From: Camelus dromedarius
Taxonomy: Eukaryota
Assembly: GCF_036321535.1 (NCBI RefSeq)
Contig: NC_087437.1
Location: forward strand, 84,260,001 to 84,324,000
DNA: 64,000 nucleotides
Reading direction: 5' to 3'
The notes under the pieces were generated by a model. It searched no databases. It worked only from the letters and a program-made list of their open reading frames with translations, and had not been told where the DNA came from. Shown piece after piece: positions 12,601 to 26,500 of the stretch (positions are counted from its first letter, which is position 1; each line of letters opens with the position of its first letter). Position numbers and translations under genes: made by a program.

Positions 12601-14919
12601 TTGCTTTTTAAATTATGAACTTGAGAGATTTTAATTACAGATATAATTTGTTCTGAAAATATATGAATTATTTTATAAATTGTTATAAAAGTAGTAAAGT
12701 TGTTGGAAGAACAGTTCATGCTGAATTAACAACAGCATTAAATTCTGGAAGATATTAGATATTTGAGTTATTTGAAAGTCTAGGGCACCAAATTAAAAAA
12801 AAAATAATTACGATCTTAAAGTACTTCTTGAAAAGTATAAATATTACAATTTACCAAGTGATGTTCATAAGGTGGCTTCTGTTTCTTTTGTACATTTTAT
12901 AAATACAATATTACAACATCATTGTTTTCTTTATGCTATTCCTCTTTTAGGATTGGTTGTAGATACTGCATTTTTTTTCTGGATGTGGCAGAGTAGGATG
13001 AAGATATGGAATCGGTCTCAAAGGATGAAATACTTAGCTAATGGTCATTAAAATTATATGAAGTACTGAAGTTCAAAGACATAGGAAAGAGCTAAAAAGC
13101 AAGGGCCATGGAGAAATTCTGAGAGCTAGTAAAAGGCATGATCACACAATTTATGAAAAAGAAATACCAGTGGTCAATTCCAATAACCAACTAGCAAGCA
13201 AAGTACTGCAAATCAAAACAGTTTTAGTCTATTAAATTGGCTAATGTAATAAAACCCAATGTTAATGCTATATGTTCAAAGTTCAGAAAAAACAACTGAA
13301 AAAACGTGGGTCTGCAGGACAGGTTTGTAAATTACGAGGGTGAGCTTGGTGCATAAATGGGAACCATTTGCCAAAGGTATGGTATCTAAGTATCCACATT
13401 TGTATCATTCCAAGCAATCTTACCAGAGGATTTCACACTATTTTTTTTAAAACTTACTAGCTTTGGTGAAGCATATTCTTACATGGTGCCGATGGAAGTG
13501 TAATTATTAATTTCGTGTTCATATTTGCCAAGTAATTTTTGGCACAGCAGTGAGCAAAGCACATAAAAACCTCTGCCTTTGTATGACTTACTTCTAACAG
13601 TGATTAGTATCAAAAGTTAACAAGTTTGCAGATTATCCAGATGTAAATAAAATCTACTTTTAAGGCTTACTGAGGAAAATATTTTAAATTATTACTGTTC
13701 CTTATGGATTTCATGTGGTTGGCTGTAGATCCTTATTTTGCAAAAGTTCTTTCCTTGGAAAAGTTCACCTGCATAGACTCTGCTAACTGCTTCAAGAAAA
13801 CCAAACTAGCAGACAATATTGTGTGCTTCTGTGAGTGTGTGTGTGTGTGCACTCAGGAATGTATGGAAAAGGAAATGCCATAATATTCTGATATTTGTGG
13901 AAACAGTAATAAGTAATGTGATTTTTGATATAAGGGATCTTACACTTGTTTGCTACATTAAAATAACTGCATCACCTCAACTCACCTCACAGCCTTTTCC
14001 ATCAATTATCATAAAAAATTTTGTCATAAAATAACATAGAAATAAACCTATTTCTTACAAACAATGACAACTGTTGTCTGGTTATTTCCCAATCTATGAC
14101 AGGATGATAATCACAGTATTATTTATGGTACTCCAAAACAGAAACAAGTATCTATATTCTCCCTTGTCTGACTCCTCAATCTACAACTAGATGATTGTTT
14201 CACATACTTAACTTTAACTCCAATTTCAAGTTAAAATGTACAGTCATAAACTTACTCTGTATCCCTATAATTTCACATTAAATTCTTCTTTTCCAAAAAA
14301 CATTCATATGTCCCACACTGCCTCTGCTTTCAGTGATCTGCAACTTGATCCTGAATCTCTCCTGTTTTCCCACTTCTTGCCAGGTGTTAATGAAACTGTA
14401 GAATTACAAGATAATTCTGTAATAATGTGACTAATTTCATTTGGAGAAATAGGAAAACCGAAGTAGAGGCAGACGAATCCTAAAAAGCTAGGTATTTATC
14501 TGTCGTAAAGTACGCATTCTAAAAGTAGAAAAAAACCCTGAAGTTTATATAAACATCTTTAGCTAAAGAAATGTAACAATAAGTGAATAGAAAATAAAAG
14601 TTTACGACTTTGGAAACCTGGCATTCTAATAATTAAATATTTTATTAGTAGAAAGAAGATGTACTAAGGCAATTTAATTTCTTTCTGAATGTTACAGATT
14701 AATCCTCTTGAACATTCATCATTTTTTCATTATTTATAATTCATGTGGTTTAAGTAATGTGAAATATGTATGTTAAATACTAGGGGGAAAGTTCTCTCTT
14801 TACAGATTTTTGATAAAGAAATAAAATGCAAAAGGTAGGTTGGATAATTAAAGTGTATTCTCTAGCATTTTTTCAGCTATTTGATTTTGAACATTTTCCC
14901 CCAAAATAAGAAAGAATAC

Positions 14920-15670
14920 AGGAGGATATAAAGTTGCATGAGCTGCATTATTTACATTTAATTACAAGTATCGTATTTTTTACCACTTTAATTTTTTAAA
15001 GTAAATCTCAGCTATAACATTCTACTTAAATACATTCTTTGAAAAATACAGTTTCCTACATAGACATAATACCACTGTCATATCTAATAAAATTGACAGT
15101 GATTTTTTAGTGTTATCTAAAAATATAGTCAATTTTCAAGTTTACCTACATAACCAATCAAGGTCTACATCATGCACTTGGCTGTCTCTCTTTTCCAACC
15201 TGAAAATTCTTTTCCCCAAATATTTCATCTAGTGACTTTAATATCCTAGACAACCTTTGCTGAATTAATTATTCCATTAGGTTTTGAAAAATGGTGATTT
15301 TCTAATTCTATCATTTCTTCTTTATTTAGTAGGAGGAATTATTCTGTAATGAAAAACTGTCTCTCATGAACTGAGGCCATCTGGTAACCCAGAAATAGCG
15401 TTCCTACAGGAAAATGAAATTAAATACTTAATTCTTTTCTTTAATTACAAATATTTTGAGTAAGCATTTGGTGTAATAGCTGTCATCAAATGTAAGACTC
15501 TTTTTTTTTTCTCCACTTTCTCTCTCTCTCTGTCTCTCTCATATCAAGGTAGACTGAAGGAGTTTAATAGACAATTTATTTAAATCAACTTCAGTCATTA
15601 TTCTTTATGATACTTAAATTTTCACAATCTTGGCCAACAGAAGTTCCATTCAACTGGCTTCTATGTTATC
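14920..15670 (-). mobile_element. Ancient L1 (L1MC/L1ME-type) 3' fragment
   Basis: acataataccactgtcatatctaataaaattgacagt...aatcaaggtctacatcatgcacttggctg...aatggtgattttctaattctatcatttcttc resemble old L1M 3'UTR sequence. Confidence 0.6.
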
Positions 15671-18600
15671 ACATATATACACACAATGCATTAAAAGTTA
15701 GGAGTTTTCAATGAATTTCAAAATCATTTCTGAAAATTAATTTATTTAGTATACTTTGGTTATTCTAATCTAAGAGCTATATAAAGGCATTGAGAGATTA
15801 GCCATTGCCCAGTCATGACAATCATGAATATTTTAACAACCTACATAAGGAGAAAAACATCATAAAAATGCATGATTTGAAAAATGGTATGTTTTATTTC
15901 CCGGATATTTTTTAAATTAAAAAAAAATTAGCCAAACATAATAAATGTATTTGAAAAACAGTATCATAATATACATGAAAAATAAACATGTAAAATGATT
16001 TACATAGTTAACTAATATGCTCCTCTATTCATGTACGATCTAGAAAAAAGTGTTTACTAATTTTTCATTATCACATGATTTTATCACCTTTAGAAAGTAA
16101 CATGTTCTCATTGTAGCGCTAGTCATAAACAAAATTAAAATCACATGTAAAAGTATCACAGTTGAGTTTTTATCATATATATCTCCCTAAACAATCTTCT
16201 AGATAAAGTTATATGTATAATTCTCAGTCTTAGAGCAAAACATAATTAGTCTAAACAAAGAAAGTATTGTTGGATATCTGTATTAGAAGTACTTTCTTTT
16301 TCTTATATAGGTAATTAATGGCCTTAAAGAATTCTGGGTAGAAGCTGTCTTGAAGTTAATACATGTGGTAATCCATAAAATTTTGGATTAAATAAAACTT
16401 TCTTCCTCTTAAAGACTACATAAACCTGTACCTCAAATTCTGTTCAAAACTGAAACAAATTATTTTTATTTCATGATGACTCTAAATTTTAATTATTTCA
16501 ATTTTTATTACAGAGAACAAAAAATTTTATTAGTTGAAGCTACTTTATGGAGCTATTTTATTAAATGGGAGGTGCAGGACTTCCTGAAGAAACACAAAAA
16601 TACATGCATCCTAAAATGTATATACATATTAAGATACAATGTATTAAAGACACACATATACACAATCATAAATAAAACTATACAGGAAGTCCTCAAAGGT
16701 TTCTGGAATAATTAAGTCACATAAGAAATGCTGTATATCAACACAAGAACGAAATGAAATATGTTTATAGGTTTGTTTATTTTTGTAAATGGAACTTAAT
16801 TACCCAAAGGTGTTTGATACTAGCCTTTAAAAACTCCTGAAGAGCAGGTCTTCCGCACTACATAGGCATTCAGTCAACACACTGTGAAATGAGTAAGTGA
16901 ATAAGCAAAGGTATATTTTCACCGTGCTTAATATTTTCTGCTACTTTCTCTACACTGTAGAGAAGGGAAGGGAATTTTTCTTACTTATCTAATATATAGA
17001 TGAGAATTATACCCTTAAATTCTTTGCACTCTTCTCATCAGTTAACTTGGTTTTATTTTAAAGTTTAAAGATCTTTTGTTGTAGGAAAATGAATCACTTA
17101 TAAAGAAAATTCACATGAACACAAAATATTTTGATAAATTTTAGGAATATTTTTTCCACCAGCTATTTATTGTGATGAGAAGCATAAGATAAAATCAACT
17201 TCTGTTGTCTTTCCCCTTGTTTCTTAATTTGTAATGCAAGTATTTTGATTAGCGTTTAGGATATCTTTGCTTACTTTAGATCATGTATTCTGTTGATTTT
17301 GTTTCCCTATGATTTTAGTTTTGTACATGCTACTAGCAAAAAAAACTTTTTTTGAATGATTATTTGAATCAAATACCAGGGGAACTGGCAAAGCAGAACT
17401 TCACAAACTACAGACCTACATTCAGAAATGTACAATGATTTTATGCAGTCCTTTTATTCTTCTATGAAGTAGGATGATACTTGGACAAAATAGCATGGGA
17501 AATTTTTTAAAAATCCACACTGTACTTATTAGCAGAAAGAGCTTGAGGCAAAGTGATTTATCAAATGAAAAAATATTAAGAAAATTATTAGTAGAGATGG
17601 ACACACATTTCTACTTTGGCCAAAGGCATAGGCTTTTAGATCTATGAAACTTTAAATAGTACCCAATACGTAAAAGTTATTACAGTCAATTATAATCCGT
17701 GCCTCAGTAGACTGAAGAAAGATAGTTTCTTATTGAAATAGACATAAATATAAAAAAACTCCCTAAAGCTAAATTAAATGAAATGCCTAAATGAATCATT
17801 TTTAAGCAAGAGACAACATTCCTTTGTAGATAATCCTAATGTACTTCTACAAATTTCTATGAAATCTATTATCCTGTCATAAACTTTAATTGAATTTTCC
17901 CTAAAACTTCTTTGATTATATATTTTATGTACAGATGTTTAAATTTACTCCTTGCTCTCAAATCTGAATCTAGGGCTATCATCATTCCCAAAAAGATCCT
18001 CTAACTTTGAAGTTCATAATACTTTATCATATTTTCCTAGTTTTCAGAATAGTCTTTCAATGTGCTAATTATTTATTGCTTATAGTAGTGTAAAAATTTT
18101 AACATACCTTTAAACTTTGCAAACAGTGTTCATTTTTTTCAATTATACACTTATTAAAAATGACTACATATTATTGATGCCCTTATCTTACTTATGAATA
18201 ATGTACTATAGTGAATGAGGGATAACTTACATTTGGTTTTATGTTAACTATAAAATTTGCCTGCTTACATTAAAAAATTTTGACAGATATTTTATTAAAA
18301 TAATATTTCCTCATTTATTTAATTTACTTTAAAAATTAATCCAGGAACACATTTAATTCATTATGTAATGTTAAAAAAAAAAAAGAAACCCTTTTTCCCT
18401 CATAGAAACTTGCTTTTTATTCAGAAAATTAAGTAGATAAGAATGTGAAATAATGAATCAAAACTCATACAGTATGCTTTCAAATCACTGCAATTTGTTT
18501 TTGGTCATCCCTCACCTAATAAGCTGAAATCTAAACATTTTTAAAAACAAGTAAGAAATATTACTAAGTAACTGACCATATCATTAGAATAAAGACTGGC

Positions 18601-19899
18601 AAAACAAATTGAGGTAAACCATCTTTGAAAATGCTAAAATAACTCTCAAAGTGCCGTTTCATAAAATCAGGACAATGGTTAACTCTATAAAGTACTCATT
18701 TTTAAGAATCCAAAATAGTTAACTAACTTCCTACTTTCCCCTGGTGCAGACAGCATAAAATATTATAGTATCAGTGACATAATGATGAACAATTTAAAAG
18801 TTTTATAGCCATAAATTTTTTTTTCAGTAAAGTAGAACTCAAATCACATGGTAGGATTCTCGGGTCATTTGCTTTATAAGCTCAAACATTAACCTTCTTG
18901 ATGGGATCCTGTACAAAATGTTCTGCTCCAAAATCTCTTTGACAAGAATTGCTAGAACATGTTTGGACTAAGCTTCTTCTAGGCTCCATAAATATATATT
19001 AATCATCTGATTAAAAAACTTTTTTTTCTTCATGCACAGCATAAATTAACTGAGTTGGGTTGTCTGTAACTCCTGTTCTTTTTAAACCACAAACTATAAC
19101 TTCAAGAGCTGAAATGAATTTCCTGATAAATTTTTCAATGTAATATATCCAGTTTGGAAACCAAAATTCTAAACAGGTCCTTTTGAATTCAGGTATTTTT
19201 ATCACAACATTTGTGGCTGCTGATCTTAAGCAGAATGTCTTTTTAAAAACACAATTATTAACAGATTCTAAAAATGTATTTACTTTTCCAGTCAAAAACG
19301 TTTATTTTTACACAACCTAAAACTTTCCTAAACAGAGAATCACTTATCATTGATCGAGAAAATTAAGTCAATTTTTATGAATAGTAAAAGGTAGCTATTT
19401 CCAATTCATCAATACCTCCTACTCTTTTTAGGATAATTTCTTAACAACTTACCAACAGCAAGTCTGTAATTATACTTTAAAAGAAGCCCTGCTCTGGCAA
19501 TTTTTTCCATACTGACATAAAAAAATCACTTAAAAGGTGACATGTAGCTTCAGGAATACAAGAGATTTATAAAACATAAAACCTTTTTTTAAGTTGGAAT
19601 AGGAGCAATAAATCTATATTTTTAGCTGCATATTTAGTATTGTTGAGTGTACCTCTCCAAAATACCTTGCTTGAACGGTAGCCATTAATTCTAAAAATAT
19701 TTATTATTCACACTTAATCACTTACTTTCCTTAGTTTGTATCACAATACTTAGTATAGGAAGGCCCTCGATAATTGTTTGTTAAACGCATTATAAGAATG
19801 AGAAAAAAAGTTTAAAATCAATACTAGTTTTTAGTTATCTTTAGCTAAATTGTTAATTAATCTTGAAAACTATTTTATTCTTGATAATTAGGCCTCTAT

Positions 19900-20740
19900 A
19901 GATTATTCATTCAATATATATACTTATTGAGCACATACTCTATAAAAGGATTTGAGACAGATGCTGAGGATACAGCAATAAACCAGAGAGTTTGGTGTCC
20001 ACCATCTCAGAGATTATGATCCAGGAGGAGAATCACACAATTTACTATTTTATCCCACAATTTACTATTTTATTACAATTATACATGCACTCTGAAGATG
20101 AAGTGCAAAGTGCTAAATGAGGGATATGATCAGGTTTGGGAAATTAAGAGAATTCTTCTCTAAAACAAATTTAAAGTGAATAATATACAGTAAGATGGAG
20201 CAGGCTTTGCAGCCACAGTAATCTCCCTTAAATGTAAATTGGACTACATCACTCCCTTGGAATAAAATCCACATTTTATCCCTTGAAATAAAATCCATTT
20301 TTATTTAATGTGGCACACACAAGGCCTTTGAAAACTCCTCTTGGATACTTTTCCAGTTCCATTTTACACTGCCTTTCCCTCTCTCAAAACCATGCTGCTA
20401 GCATGCTTCCATTGTTTAAATAACTGTAATCTCACCTGCTTCAGGATTTGTGATTATTTCTGAAAAAATTTGCCTTTCTACCTCTCATCTGGCAAAATCC
20501 TATCCAGGCTTGAGGTCTCCAATTAGATGCTACTTATCCTAAGAAGTTTTCCTTAAACTCCTTAACTGGAGTAGGTGCTTCCTCCATTATTTCACAGTAG
20601 CTGGTATTTTCATATCAACACATCTAACCTACAATATTGTAATTTCCTATTCACTGTTCTCCATCTCCTGCCAGTCTATACATTTCATGAGGCTAAATCT
20701 ATTGTTTTCACTATTGATTGACAATTGGTTCCTGACTTAC
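19900..20740. mobile_element. L2 fragments (minus-strand 3' end ~19905-20030; plus-strand piece ~20220-20740)
   Basis: ttcattcaatatatatacttattgagcac...gatgctgaggatacagc is the reverse L2 3' end. catcactcccttggaataaaatcc...aaatcctatccaggcttgaggtctc...aagttttcctta is L2 in sense orientation. Confidence 0.65.
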
Positions 20741-21839
20741 TCAGAAGGCACATCCCACTAATTTTATTCACTTCAGCATGACAGGACTCTCCTTTAGGGC
20801 AAACAAATTTTAGACCAAACCTAAAGCATCATAAAAGGGTTGCATTATGTGTACTTAAGGACTGACTGAATGGGGTCAGAAGTAAAAACTCTAAAAAGAA
20901 AGAGAAGATTGATACCACTGACAGTAACGAAATTAAAAAACAAACAAACAAAAAAAAAAAACCAGGAACTTTTGGAAGATGAATCTTATTTTTTTCCTTT
21001 TTAAATGTATTTCATTTATGTATACTCCATCCATGTTTAAATTATTTAAATTTATTTAGGACAACTACTTTCTGTTTTAGATTTCTTGTGTTCCAGTTCT
21101 TAGGCATCTAAACTGAGACAGCCTATATTCAGTAGAATAAAGGTAACAGAAGGTAGAAAAACAAAAGACTTTGGAAGGAATAATGTGAAAAAGACATTTA
21201 AATCTATACAATAAAAGAGGTATTTTAAAACCCTTTAAAAAGTTAAAAAAAATGATAGATTTAACAGCAAATTAACTCAACTTATACAATCATTACCAGG
21301 TTACAGATTCATTTAAATGACAAAAGTAAGATAAATTTTTTTATTTTTAATTGTTTGTTTTTTAAATTAGAAGTATTTAAAACATATCAAAAGTTATAAG
21401 TAATAATATTAAGCAGACAAGAATTTGCCCAGCACTACATCTGAACAAATGTTAAACTCTGATTTTATTAATTCCATATCTTTTGCTTCAAAAAAATAAA
21501 TTTTTATAAATACCACTAAAGGTCACATCCTCTGCTCTATTCCATGAGTACGCTCAAAGGAAACTGCTATCTTAAAGTTGATGTGCATTTTACTACATAT
21601 ATCCATAATTTTTCTATTAACATAAGTGTTTTCAAGAAGTTAAAGCTTTCAACATTTAAAAAAAAATGACCATGTGTTTTCATTAAAGTGAGATTAACTT
21701 GAAAAAGAATAAGATGGGGCTTTAGTGTCTTTGAATAAAAAATTTAATTTGAATGAACAAAAATAGAATCCACTTTCTGACTTATATTCACAAAGTACAA
21801 GTTTTAAATATTTAATTCATTCCTGGTATTTTATTTTTA

Positions 21840-21945
21840 AATGGTTTTACTGAGGTATAACTGATATACAAAAAATTGCAAATATTTAATGTATACAATA
21901 TATACATATGTATATACCCATGAAACCATCACCATAATCAAGGTG
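21840..21945 (-). mobile_element. Short L1M 3'-terminal fragment
   Basis: ttttactgaggtataactgatatacaaaaaattgcaaatatttaatgtatac...acccatgaaaccatcaccataatcaag is a typical reverse L1MA/MB 3' end. Confidence 0.7.
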
Positions 21946-22254
21946 AGAATAGATAATAATATTTTAATTTTTATGATTATAATATCTACTCTATTATATT
22001 TAATCAAAAATTTCAAAAATTATAACTAAATATTTCTAATTATGTGTGTTGAATATTTATAAAGCTAAAATATTAATATAATAGCAATCAGCATTTCCCC
22101 CTAAATACAGCTTTATTTTCAGAAAAAAGTTGAAATGTCATGATCATATTTTAAGCAAATATATCAAAATAAAATGATTCATAAGTCATTTAGAAGCATA
22201 AAATATTATAAATGCAATGGAATGATATCTCATTCAAGAGAAAAACAACGGTAT

Positions 22255-23500
22255 TTCAATCAATAATTACTGTGCTCCTTCTACGAGTCAGAAATTCTGC
22301 ATGGGTAGGTAAACAAGATAGACTTGGAGTTTACATTGTTATGTGGAAACAGACAATAAACAAGTGTTAGGGAGAACAGAATGGAGTGTAAGAGAATAAA
22401 GAGGTATAAATTTGAAAGGCTACTGTGGACAAGTTGGGTGATATTTAGTAGCAAATGGCAAAACGATGTGGGAAGGAGCCATGTGAAAACTTCAGCAAAG
22501 GAACATTTAAGATCTAGACAAGAACAAGTTTAAAGGCAAGTTCAAAGATTAGGAAGAAGGCTAGTATAGCTGGAGCAGAAAGAACAACAGAGGGAATGGT
22601 AGATGGTGGGGCTGGAGGGGTAGGCTGGCCCTGTTCACATGGAACCCTCAGGAGATATATTAAGTCTCTGAATTTTGCTCATAGAGTGAAAGATGCTATT
22701 GAAAGTTTCAAGCAAAACAGTGGTATGATCTAATTTTAAATGATCACTGCAGGTACTGTGGAGAGATTAAGTCAAAAAGTAGAAAGAGAGACCAATTACC
22801 AGGCTATTGCTAGGCCAGGACTGAGATGGTAGTGGTGAAGATGTTAGGAAGTGTTCAAATTGAATTTATATTTTAATAGTACAGAGGAGTCACAATTGGG
22901 TAGATAATTATGGCTTAAATTTACTCAGACTAGAACAATTCAGGAAGAGGGTTTTGTTTCGTTTTGTTTTTGTTATGTGAGAGGAATCTTGGACAGACCT
23001 TTAAGAATTCTCAGTAGACATCTAAGTGGTGATGTCAGAGTTAGATTCAAAAGTCAGGAATTCAGAGGAAACATGAGAAAAAAAAGATGAAACTTTTTAA
23101 TAACAATGCTAAATTAATGTTATTTAAGCCACCAACTAGATGGGATCACCTTTTATTACTGACTGAGAAAAGAACAATAAAATAAAAGGAAAACATGTGG
23201 AGTACAAGAAGCTAGAAGTCAAATAAAGATGGTATATATAAACTAAAGGGGAGAGACAGTGACCAATTCTGTTGAACTTTTCTGAGAGGGTGAATAAAAT
23301 GCAAACTGACCAAAATATTTGGCAACACAAAGTTAACAATTTTAAGAGTTGATAAAAGCAGTTTCAGTGGAGAAAGACTGTAAGAGAAAATTGTGAGAAT
23401 GTAAGCAAAAAAAAAAAAAGACACTGACTACAAACCACAGACGAGGTGAAGGAGTGTAACATTAAGAAAGATTGTTTTAAACATGGAAGATATTACAGAA
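22255..23500 (-). mobile_element. L2 LINE fragment
   Basis: Reverse L2 motifs: ggaaggagccatgtg, gaagaaggctagtatagctggagcag, gagagaccaattaccaggctattgc, gacatctaagtggtgatgtc, agcagtttcagtggag. Confidence 0.8.
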
Positions 23501-26500
23501 CATTTGGGGGAAATGTTTAAGCACGTGGATAAACTGATAGCGTAGAGGAAATGATACTTGTAAAAGCAAAATTCTTGAGTATAAAGAATCTTATGGATTA
23601 TTATCAAGTCTTAGCTATATAACTTATTCCTTCCTTTTTGCCTTCCTCCATTCTTCTTTTCCTTCTCTCCCTCCCTACTTTCTCCTGTCCTTATTTGCTA
23701 GAAAATGCAGCCATCAAAATGAGTCAGGACTTGGTAAAGCATCTGTCAAATTTCTGTGATATCCTTCTGTGCACAATGGAGACATATTAGCTAAACCACA
23801 AGGACAATTAATTGATTACTACGAATTGAATGGCCATGTCCAAAAGATACTGACCAAACAGATTTTTTCTGTTGTTAAAAAGTGTAACCATAACACAATA
23901 CCCTGTCCAGTCCTGTATACCACTTTCATCAATAATTTCTATGAATGTACCCAAGGGCACACTTACCACAATGAACAATGCAAAACTTAGGAAGTGAGAC
24001 TTTAGCTCAGGATAAGAAAGACTTTACTGGTATTTAAAATTATCCAAAGATGGATTGGCATCCTCAGTAATTAACAAGCTATTTGTGGGAGTGTGCAAGA
24101 ACAAATGGGCTACTTACACCACGTGAGAGTGGAAGCTCAGATCATATCTAGAACAACTCCTACATTGTATGATTGAAGATATATATATATATGCCCAGAG
24201 ACACACAGGACCTTGCTCAAGGTCAAGCACAAATTCAGCAGCAGAATCAACATTCACGACTCGCATCCAGAGTTAACTATTAAGAAAGCTGAGGTTTTAG
24301 GCCACAGTGTTACAGTTACTCACATAACATAACTATTGAGTTACACAGTTCACTGAGATCTGTCATGTTGTTCAACTTCATTCATTCATTTATATTAAAA
24401 ATATATATTGTGTGCCTTTAACATAAAAGGCACTGTGAAGGCTTCTTAAGATGTAATATTTAGAATATATTAAAGTTACTCCATCTTTAGTTTCAATGTT
24501 ACAAATTAATTTGCATAGAAAGTACAGTGTTATGATCAGTTGCCCCATTCCTGTCTGTAAAGAGGTAAAATATAAATAAACTTACTAAGTGAAACACTAA
24601 TATATACTGTTATTTTTATGACAAACATGCATATATTGTACAGTCAGTTTAATATCTCATATGTGAATATTAGCCACTTTCAAATGCCAAGAGGGAGATA
24701 GCAGAAAATAATAAAAATCAATCAAGTAAGTACTGAAATACATTTATGAAACAAAATTCATATATTTTTCCTCATGCCAGAATTTTTTGCTGGTACCTAT
24801 TTTTGAGAGCAAAGTCAAAGGTTATAAAACTGGTATACTAGCTTAAGAAATTAAAATAAATTATTGGGGTTTTTTCCCTTAATTATCTGAGTGGTGTACC
24901 CACATGATCCTCACCCACATGAACTATATTAGTTTAAAAACTAATTCTTTAAGAATTTAACTTGACACTAAGCTCTGTCCTGAAAAATCTCTCCAATTTA
25001 CTTTTTTTTTTAAGATAACGACAGGACAAAAACAACCAGTTTAAAGAACATGAAAAAATATATCTGCCATCAAAAGTCTGTCTGTCAACATCTCTCTGTA
25101 CCTACTGCTGAAACCTTAGACCATACTGCTCACTAATTGAATCCATATCAAGCAAAAGAAACCTTTGATTCCTGTTCTTTATCTTTCCCAGCTGCTTCAA
25201 TCAGTTTATTAATCTCCAAAAGCTTTATTTCTGGCTCATAGTAGATTAACGTCAACAAAGGCATCTCCTTAAAACCAGATTAAGATGATCCTTTCATCTC
25301 ACAGTGCCTCCAAATAAATAGCTTTTAGTTTCAAAGAAATCAACAGTTTACAACAATAAGAACATAGAAAAAATGGTTTTCTTTATTGTAAAATTTTTAA
25401 AAGAATTCAAATACTTATTTCGCTCTCTTTACAACAACCCTCTCATACCCAACCAACCCTCAGACCTAGCTGCCCCCTGATTCCATTGAACTTCATGGAC
25501 TCTCTCAGTTAATAATAAATATGGTTACCTCAATATATGAAATGAAAATTGCTAAAATATGAATAGAAAAAAATGAAATATAAATTTACCCTACTTACTG
25601 ACCTCAATATAGGAACAAGTAATGAGCTATCCAACCATGCAAAATATGACAAATGTGCAATATAAAATTGAATCATATAAAAAAGCCATACAATCAGTGT
25701 TTCATTTTGCCATACTCCATCACTGATAATGGGACATAGCCAATCCCTGGTGAAATAACTGAAATATTATGCAAAATTCTGTGGTGATTTAGTTTTATTC
25801 CTGTATTGCTAGACAAAAATAGTAACTGTTAAATAAATAAATAAATAAGATGAAGTTGACCTTTGCAATAAAATTATATATAAACATGTAATATAGATTC
25901 ATAGAAGTGAAAACAAAAAACAACCTATTTGTTTAAATGGTACTGAACTTTGTCATTTTCCCAAGGTTGTATGTTTCTCAGAATATATTATAAATTATTT
26001 TGTTAAATCACACCAGATATATGCCTTTGGAGAGAGATGACTGGATATCTTAAAAATCAATAATGAAATAATCACTAATTACAGAAAATCAAAAACATGA
26101 AATATCCCTGTATCTTCTCTAGAATCTGACATTTTTTACTGAATATTAAAGATGCTAAAATTAAGAGCATCAATGCAAACACAAGATGCATACAAAGGAA
26201 GCAATACCAAGGCAAAGAAAAGAAAAATAAGGCAATTATAAAACAACAATAGGGGAGAAATATCAAAATAATGTTTGCCCCTGTTATCAGCAATAAGTAA
26301 ATGTTTAGAAATAGCTGCAAGACATCAGAAGCTAATACATCTGATCTGTAACGTTTCCATCATCATAATTTACAACCTCAATAATCAAAAGAAATAAAAA
26401 TTAAAATTTTTAGTAGGGTATTTAATGAACAACACCATTAACAGTCCCTTGAACGTAACAGACAAACAATATCTATGAATATGGAAATGAGGTAAAATAT

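Noticed and set aside
18890..19295. 94-aa minus-strand ORF and neighbouring protein-like frames
   Set aside because: No recognisable domain, non-ATG start, AT-rich composition, and neighbouring frames full of stops.
25599..25808. Minus-strand exon-like segment with a GTAAGT donor, next to the hydrophobic ORF 26075-26320
   Set aside because: Stops occur in all three frames. Hydrophobic F/L/I-rich ORFs are the expected translation of T-rich DNA, and I recognise no protein family.
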